Source: Alphaproteobacteria bacterium
GTDB taxonomy: Bacteria > Pseudomonadota > Alphaproteobacteria > CAAGCB01 > CAG-977
DNA: 50,925 bases
NCBI GenBank assembly: GCA_045587165.1
Contig: JAZNBT010000045.1
Coordinates: forward strand, 1-50,925
Direction: 5' to 3'
Shown: one piece after another, positions 47,109 to 50,925 of the stretch
Layout: each line of letters starts with the position of its first letter
Position numbering within the stretch: position 1 is the first letter of the stretch
Made by a program: the position numbers and the translations under genes
The notes under the pieces: generated by a model
Database searches by the model: none
Told to the model about the DNA's origin: nothing
The model's input: the letters and a program-made list of their open reading frames with translations, nothing else

Positions 47109-47196
47109 GCGGATATGGTGGAATGGTAGACACAACAGACTTAAAATCTGTTGAGGCTTTGTCCTCGTGCGGGTTCAAGTCCCGCTTTCCGCACCA
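47109..47196 (+). tRNA. tRNA-Leu (anticodon TAA)
   Basis: 88 nt. Acceptor GCGGATA/TTTCCGC with one mismatch, D arm GTG..CAC, anticodon stem ACAGA/TCTGT with loop CTTAAAA, a long variable arm, T arm GCGGG-TTCAAGT-CCCGC, and CCA. Confidence 0.85.
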
Positions 47197-47200
47197 ATCA

Positions 47201-47227
47201 AAGCCCTGAGAAATCAGGGCTTTTTTT
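47201..47227 (+). terminator. Rho-independent terminator after tRNA-Leu
   Basis: AAGCCCTGA-GAAA-TCAGGGCTT followed by a T-run. Confidence 0.75.
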
Positions 47228-47436
47228 ATTGCGCTTAAGTATTATCTTCAATCAAGCAACAAATTGCAATCGAATTAAATGAAAGCGCCAATCCAAACAA
47301 AATGTTACGATTGAGATGAATATATATAACAAACGACGCAAAACCGTTTAAACGGTACATGATTATTGTCCGTTATCGTATGAATAAAGAAGTTGTCATA
47401 ATAACGCTTAAAACCCTCTCTTTTCAAAAGAGCATC

Positions 47437-47467
47437 TTGACAATATACCCATACAGTGTATATGTAT
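47437..47467 (+). promoter_or_regulatory. Sigma70-like promoter overlapped by a palindromic operator upstream of the CsoR/RcnR-family gene
   Basis: TTGACA at 47437-47442 with TATATG 16 nt downstream. An imperfect 23-bp palindrome ATACCCATACA-G-TGTATATGTAT (47445-47467) has the perfect core ATACAGTGTAT. Confidence 0.45.
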
Positions 47468-47493
47468 ATATTAACAAGAAACGGAGAAAGAGC

Positions 47494-47775
47494 ATGAAAA
47501 ACGATACAAAAATCCATCATTGCGACAATTTACCCAAGCTGAACCGCATAGCCGGACAAGTCGAAGGAATAAAAAAAATGATGGAAAACGAACGCGATTG
47601 CTTGGACATCGTATATCAAATCAGAGCCGTTCGCTCCGCTTTGAAAAATATTGAAAAGAACATCTTACACAACCATATACAGCATTGCGTCGTTTCTTCT
47701 TTTAACTCTCCTAAAAAAGAAATACCTAAAAAAATCGAAGAATTAATCCTCTTGTTTGATAAAACCGATTATTAA
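47494..47775 (+). CDS. CsoR/RcnR/DmeR-family metal-sensing transcriptional repressor
   Basis: 93 aa from MKNDTKIHHCDN behind a GGAGAAAG Shine-Dalgarno. RIAGQVEGIKKMMENERDCLDIVYQIRAVRSAL...HNHIQHC is the DUF156 fold, with Cys, then His at +25 and Cys at +29 as ligands, plus N-terminal His residues. Confidence 0.85.
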   Translation: MKNDTKIHHCDNLPKLNRIAGQVEGIKKMMENERDCLDIVYQIRAVRSALKNIEKNILHNHIQHCVVSSFNSPKKEIPKKIEELILLFDKTDY

Positions 47776-47791
47776 AGCGAGGCATATCCCC

Positions 47792-48679
47792 ATGTCAGAG
47801 CATTGTCATCACCACCATCACGGCGAAGTAAGCGAAAAATCCGTAAAATTACTGATTTTATCTTTTACGATAAATATGCTTTTGTCCGTTGCCGAATTTA
47901 TCGGCGGTATCCTTTCCGGCAGTGTTGCTTTAATTGGCGACGCCTTGCATAACACTTCCGACGCTCTATCGATACTGATTGCCATTGCGGCATTCAAAAT
48001 CGGAAAGAAAAAAGCAAATTCAAAATTTACATACGGATTTAAAAGAGCCGAAGTCATCGGCGGATTTGTCAATCTGATTTTATTGTTTATTTCGGGCGCC
48101 TACTTATTAATCGAAGGCATCGAACGCTTAATCAAACCCGAAGAAATCAAAGGCATGATGATTGTTTGGATTTCCGTTTTCGCTTTAATCGTCGATGTGT
48201 TTACGGCAAAAATTTCTCACCATGACGCACATCACAACGCAAACATGAAAATGGTGTTCATTCATAATCTGGCCGATGTCTTCGGCTCTGTCGGCGTCAT
48301 TGTTTCGGGGCTTTGCGTCGTTTGGTTCGGAATATATCAAATTGATGGCATTGTCGCTTTATTGATTGCTTTTTATATGATTTTCCAATCAATCGCATCA
48401 TTTCCCAAAATCGTTAAAATCTTGATGAATGCCGCCCCCGATGACATCGATATCGAACGGGTAAAAAAATTCATTTTAGAATTTAACAATATCAAAGACG
48501 TACACCATATCCATTTGTGGAGCGTCAGCGAACATAACATCGCATTGGAATGTCATGTCGAAAGCCTTAACACCGATATAGCGCGGACAATCGCTGAAAA
48601 ATTAAACGATAACTTCGGTATTAACCACTGCAATATCCAAGTGGAAAAAACAGCCTGCAAAGAATGTTGCAATTTATAA
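47792..48679 (+). CDS. Cation diffusion facilitator (CDF) metal efflux transporter (CzcD/DmeF-like)
   Basis: Start MSEHCHHHHHGE behind a GAGG Shine-Dalgarno. 6 TM. The site-A residues appear in GDALHNTSD and HNLADVFGS. C-terminal cytoplasmic domain with DVHHIHLW. Confidence 0.88.
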   Translation: MSEHCHHHHHGEVSEKSVKLLILSFTINMLLSVAEFIGGILSGSVALIGDALHNTSDALSILIAIAAFKIGKKKANSKFTYGFKRAEVIGGFVNLILLFISGAYLLIEGIERLIKPEEIKGMMIVWISVFALIVDVFTAKISHHDAHHNANMKMVFIHNLADVFGSVGVIVSGLCVVWFGIYQIDGIVALLIAFYMIFQSIASFPKIVKILMNAAPDDIDIERVKKFILEFNNIKDVHHIHLWSVSEHNIALECHVESLNTDIARTIAEKLNDNFGINHCNIQVEKTACKECCNL

Positions 48680-48732
48680 TTTTGCAAAAGACTTCTTGAT
48701 TTACGTGTTTTATACGATTATCAATTTTGTCT

Positions 48733-49176
48733 TTAACCGCGAGGCATAATTCTGGCGGGGTTTCCGCTGACCATCGAATTATCCGGAACATTACTGACAA
48801 CAACCGTATTTGCACCGATAATACAATTATTGCCGATTTTGATCGGTCCGACGATAAACGCCCCCGGATAAATTACGGCATTATCGCCAATCTGCGGATA
48901 ATTATCGGGATTGCCGGGATGTTTGGGAAAATCTTTGCCTCCTATCGTAATGTTTTGATATAAAAGGCAGTTTTTCCCTAACTTGGCATATTTTGAAATG
49001 ATCAATCCCGTCGGCAAAATAAAACGAGTCCCTTGCGCTTTTAACGCTTCGATATCACCGATATAACATGTTTCCTTTAACATGCGTTCTTCTGCACTGC
49101 TCAATTCCAAAGAATCCGGAACATCGTTTTTAAAGCTGCTGATAGCCGATTGAATTTTATCTAAAAAATTAACCAT
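48733..49176 (-). CDS. Hexapeptide-repeat (left-handed beta-helix) acetyltransferase
   Basis: 147 aa. Repeated [LIV]-G-x4 hexapeptides (IGDNAVIYPGAFIVGPIKIGNNCIIGANTVV) and a C-terminal GNPARI. Confidence 0.8.
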   Translation of the reverse strand: MVNFLDKIQSAISSFKNDVPDSLELSSAEERMLKETCYIGDIEALKAQGTRFILPTGLIISKYAKLGKNCLLYQNITIGGKDFPKHPGNPDNYPQIGDNAVIYPGAFIVGPIKIGNNCIIGANTVVVSNVPDNSMVSGNPARIMPRG

Positions 49177-49235
49177 GTTTCACCTTTTTGATTTGATTTC
49201 TTTCAGGTTAAAATCAGACGGATAAAAATTCAAAT

Positions 49236-49266
49236 AAAAAAGCGACTGTATCCAAGCCGCTTTTTT
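49236..49266 (-). terminator. Terminator downstream of the RND pump gene
   Basis: Minus strand reads AAAAAA-GCGGCT-TGGATAC-AGTCGC-TTTTTT. Confidence 0.55.
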
Positions 49267-49279
49267 ATTTTAGAAATAT

Positions 49280-50925
49280 CTATTTTGCCAAACGTTTCGC
49301 GTGGAATTTTTCACGCCGTTTTACAAAGGTGACAAACAACATCGGAATAATAAAAATACCGAACATTGTCGCAACCAACATTCCGCCGAACACCGTCGTA
49401 CCGACGGAACGCCGCGCCAAAGCCCCCGCACCGGAAGCGATAACCAACGGAACCAACCCTAAAATAAAGGATACCGCTGTCATCATCACCGCACGGAAAC
49501 GCAAATGAGCCGCTTGAATTGCCGCATCTTCGGGACTTAGTCCGCTTTCACGCAAGTCTCTTGCGAATTCAACAATCAAAATAGCGTTTTTAGAAGCCTG
49601 AGCAATCAATAAAACCATACCGATCTGAGCATAAACGTTGTTATCCAATCCGCAGACGTACAAGAAAATCAGCGCCCCTAACAAAGCGACCGATACCGAC
49701 AGTAAAACCGTAATCGGAATCATCCAGCTTTCATACAAAGCGACCAAGAATAAATAAGCGAACAAGAATGCCAATACCAAAACAACAGCTGTCTGACCGC
49801 CCGCTTCTTTTTCCTGCAACGACATCCCCGTCCACTCATATTCATACCCTTTAGGCAGAATTTCCTTGGACAGTTTTTCCATTTCATCCATCGCCTGCGT
49901 CGAGCTGAATCCCGCCGCCGGAGAACCGTTAACCTTGACCGTCATCATATTGTTATAACGCGTCAACTGCTGCGGTCCCAAAATGGGAGAAATATTCAAC
50001 AATGAGCGCATCGGCACCATTTCACCTTTATCATTTCTGACAAACAGGCGATAAACGTCTTCTTCTTTACTGCGCGAAGATTCCTGTCCTTGCAAGTTTA
50101 CTTCATATACACGACCGGCCAAAGTAAAATCGTTAATATAAGCATACCCCAATGTCGATTGCAGCTGAGAAAAAACGTCTTGAATATTGACACCCAGCAT
50201 TTTCGCTTTGACACGATCCAATTCGACAAACAACTGCGGAGTCGACGTGTTAAACGTACTGTATACCATTGCCAGTTTCGGATCTTGGTTGGCGGCCCCC
50301 AACAGTTTGAACATGACCCGTTCCATATCCTGAGGAGTTTTCCCTTGGGCGTTTTGCAAACGATAATCGAAACCGTTTGCCATACCGATACCTGGAATGG
50401 CCGGAATGTTAAAAGAACGGATCAAAGCCCCTTGAATTTGATTAAATTTCGGTTGAATATCCGCCAAAATAGACCGAATTTGCATAGACGGATCCCGACG
50501 AACCTCATACGGTTTCAGGCCGGCAATCATCATCGCAAAGTTCGATCCGTTTCCGCCGATCATGCTGTGACCGGAAACCCCCATAACATCCTGAACCGCC
50601 GGATTTTTGGAAACAATGTCATACACCTGTTCCAAAACAGCCACCGTTCTGTCCAATGAAGCGCCTTCCGGCAACTGAACGTCAATCATGACGACGCCCT
50701 GATCTTCATCGGGCAAGAACCCCGACGGCGTGATTTTATTCATTCCGACGGCTCCGGCGATAACGGCGGCAATAATCAAAATCGACAAAGACGAATGACG
50801 TACCAAACGTTTGACAATCGCCGTATACCCGTCACGTCCTACGTCGATCTGACGCATCACCCAAGGAACAAATCCCGTCGTTTTCTTTTCTTCGCGGCGT
50901 AATAAAACGGCGCACAAAGCCGGCG
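49280..50925 (-). CDS. RND efflux pump inner-membrane subunit (AcrB/MexB-like), C-terminal half; 5' end lies outside the window
   Basis: The ORF is open to the window edge. Typical RND second periplasmic loop and TM7-12 sequence (FLPDEDQG, VNGSPAAGFS, LLIAQASKNAILIVEFA, RFRAVMMT). Confidence 0.88.
   Translation of the reverse strand, partial: PALCAVLLRREEKKTTGFVPWVMRQIDVGRDGYTAIVKRLVRHSSLSILIIAAVIAGAVGMNKITPSGFLPDEDQGVVMIDVQLPEGASLDRTVAVLEQVYDIVSKNPAVQDVMGVSGHSMIGGNGSNFAMMIAGLKPYEVRRDPSMQIRSILADIQPKFNQIQGALIRSFNIPAIPGIGMANGFDYRLQNAQGKTPQDMERVMFKLLGAANQDPKLAMVYSTFNTSTPQLFVELDRVKAKMLGVNIQDVFSQLQSTLGYAYINDFTLAGRVYEVNLQGQESSRSKEEDVYRLFVRNDKGEMVPMRSLLNISPILGPQQLTRYNNMMTVKVNGSPAAGFSSTQAMDEMEKLSKEILPKGYEYEWTGMSLQEKEAGGQTAVVLVLAFLFAYLFLVALYESWMIPITVLLSVSVALLGALIFLYVCGLDNNVYAQIGMVLLIAQASKNAILIVEFARDLRESGLSPEDAAIQAAHLRFRAVMMTAVSFILGLVPLVIASGAGALARRSVGTTVFGGMLVATMFGIFIIPMLFVTFVKRREKFHAKRLAK

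Noticed and set aside
38843-47196. Treating the entire tRNA-Pro to tRNA-Leu interval as one tRNA-integrated genomic island
   Set aside because: I found no direct repeat of either tRNA 3' end. The only integrase belongs to the smaller IME, whose own att repeats lie inside a coding gene.
1-50925. Search for CRISPR arrays, rRNA genes, IS elements or transposases
   Set aside because: No regular repeat-spacer structure, no rRNA-like sequence and no transposase-like ORF was recognised. The only mobile element supported is the IME at 40424..46023.

Overview
The window looks like chromosomal DNA from a moderately AT-rich alphaproteobacterium. This is inferred from the rne-amiC-mrcA-prfB and ftsEX/zinc-ribbon/lysA/pssA-psd gene order; no search was run. 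About 39 kb is a densely packed housekeeping backbone: H+-pyrophosphatase, RNase E, AmiC amidase, PBP1A, RF2 with its programmed +1 frameshift, folK-folP, HydE, a heterodimeric ABC exporter, plsC, ftsEX, lysA, gpt, pssA, psd. From tRNA-Pro(CGG) at 38843 to the window end the content turns accessory and, by eye, more AT-rich. It holds a P-loop kinase-like gene, a GNAT, an OmpA-like lipoprotein, tRNA-Leu(UAA), a CsoR/RcnR-family repressor with a CDF metal exporter, a hexapeptide acetyltransferase and a truncated RND pump. It also holds a roughly 5.6-kb integrative mobilizable element (40424..46023). That element carries a P4-type integrase, candidate oriT, MobV relaxase, an HTH controller, a C5-cytosine methyltransferase, a PD-ExK restriction enzyme and an AlpA-type excisionase. 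It has inserted into a xylose-isomerase-like TIM-barrel gene, leaving an 11-bp direct repeat. The most unusual locus sits in the backbone at 14602..18715 (minus strand). It is a 1083-aa protein with a type IV prepilin-like leader and a PilV/shufflon-N-like motif, followed by about 800 aa I do not recognise. It is co-transcribed with a 274-aa membrane-anchored protein, and no pilus assembly genes are visible anywhere in the 50 kb. All family assignments come from motifs read in the supplied translations and need HMM or BLAST confirmation. No rRNA genes or CRISPR arrays were seen.
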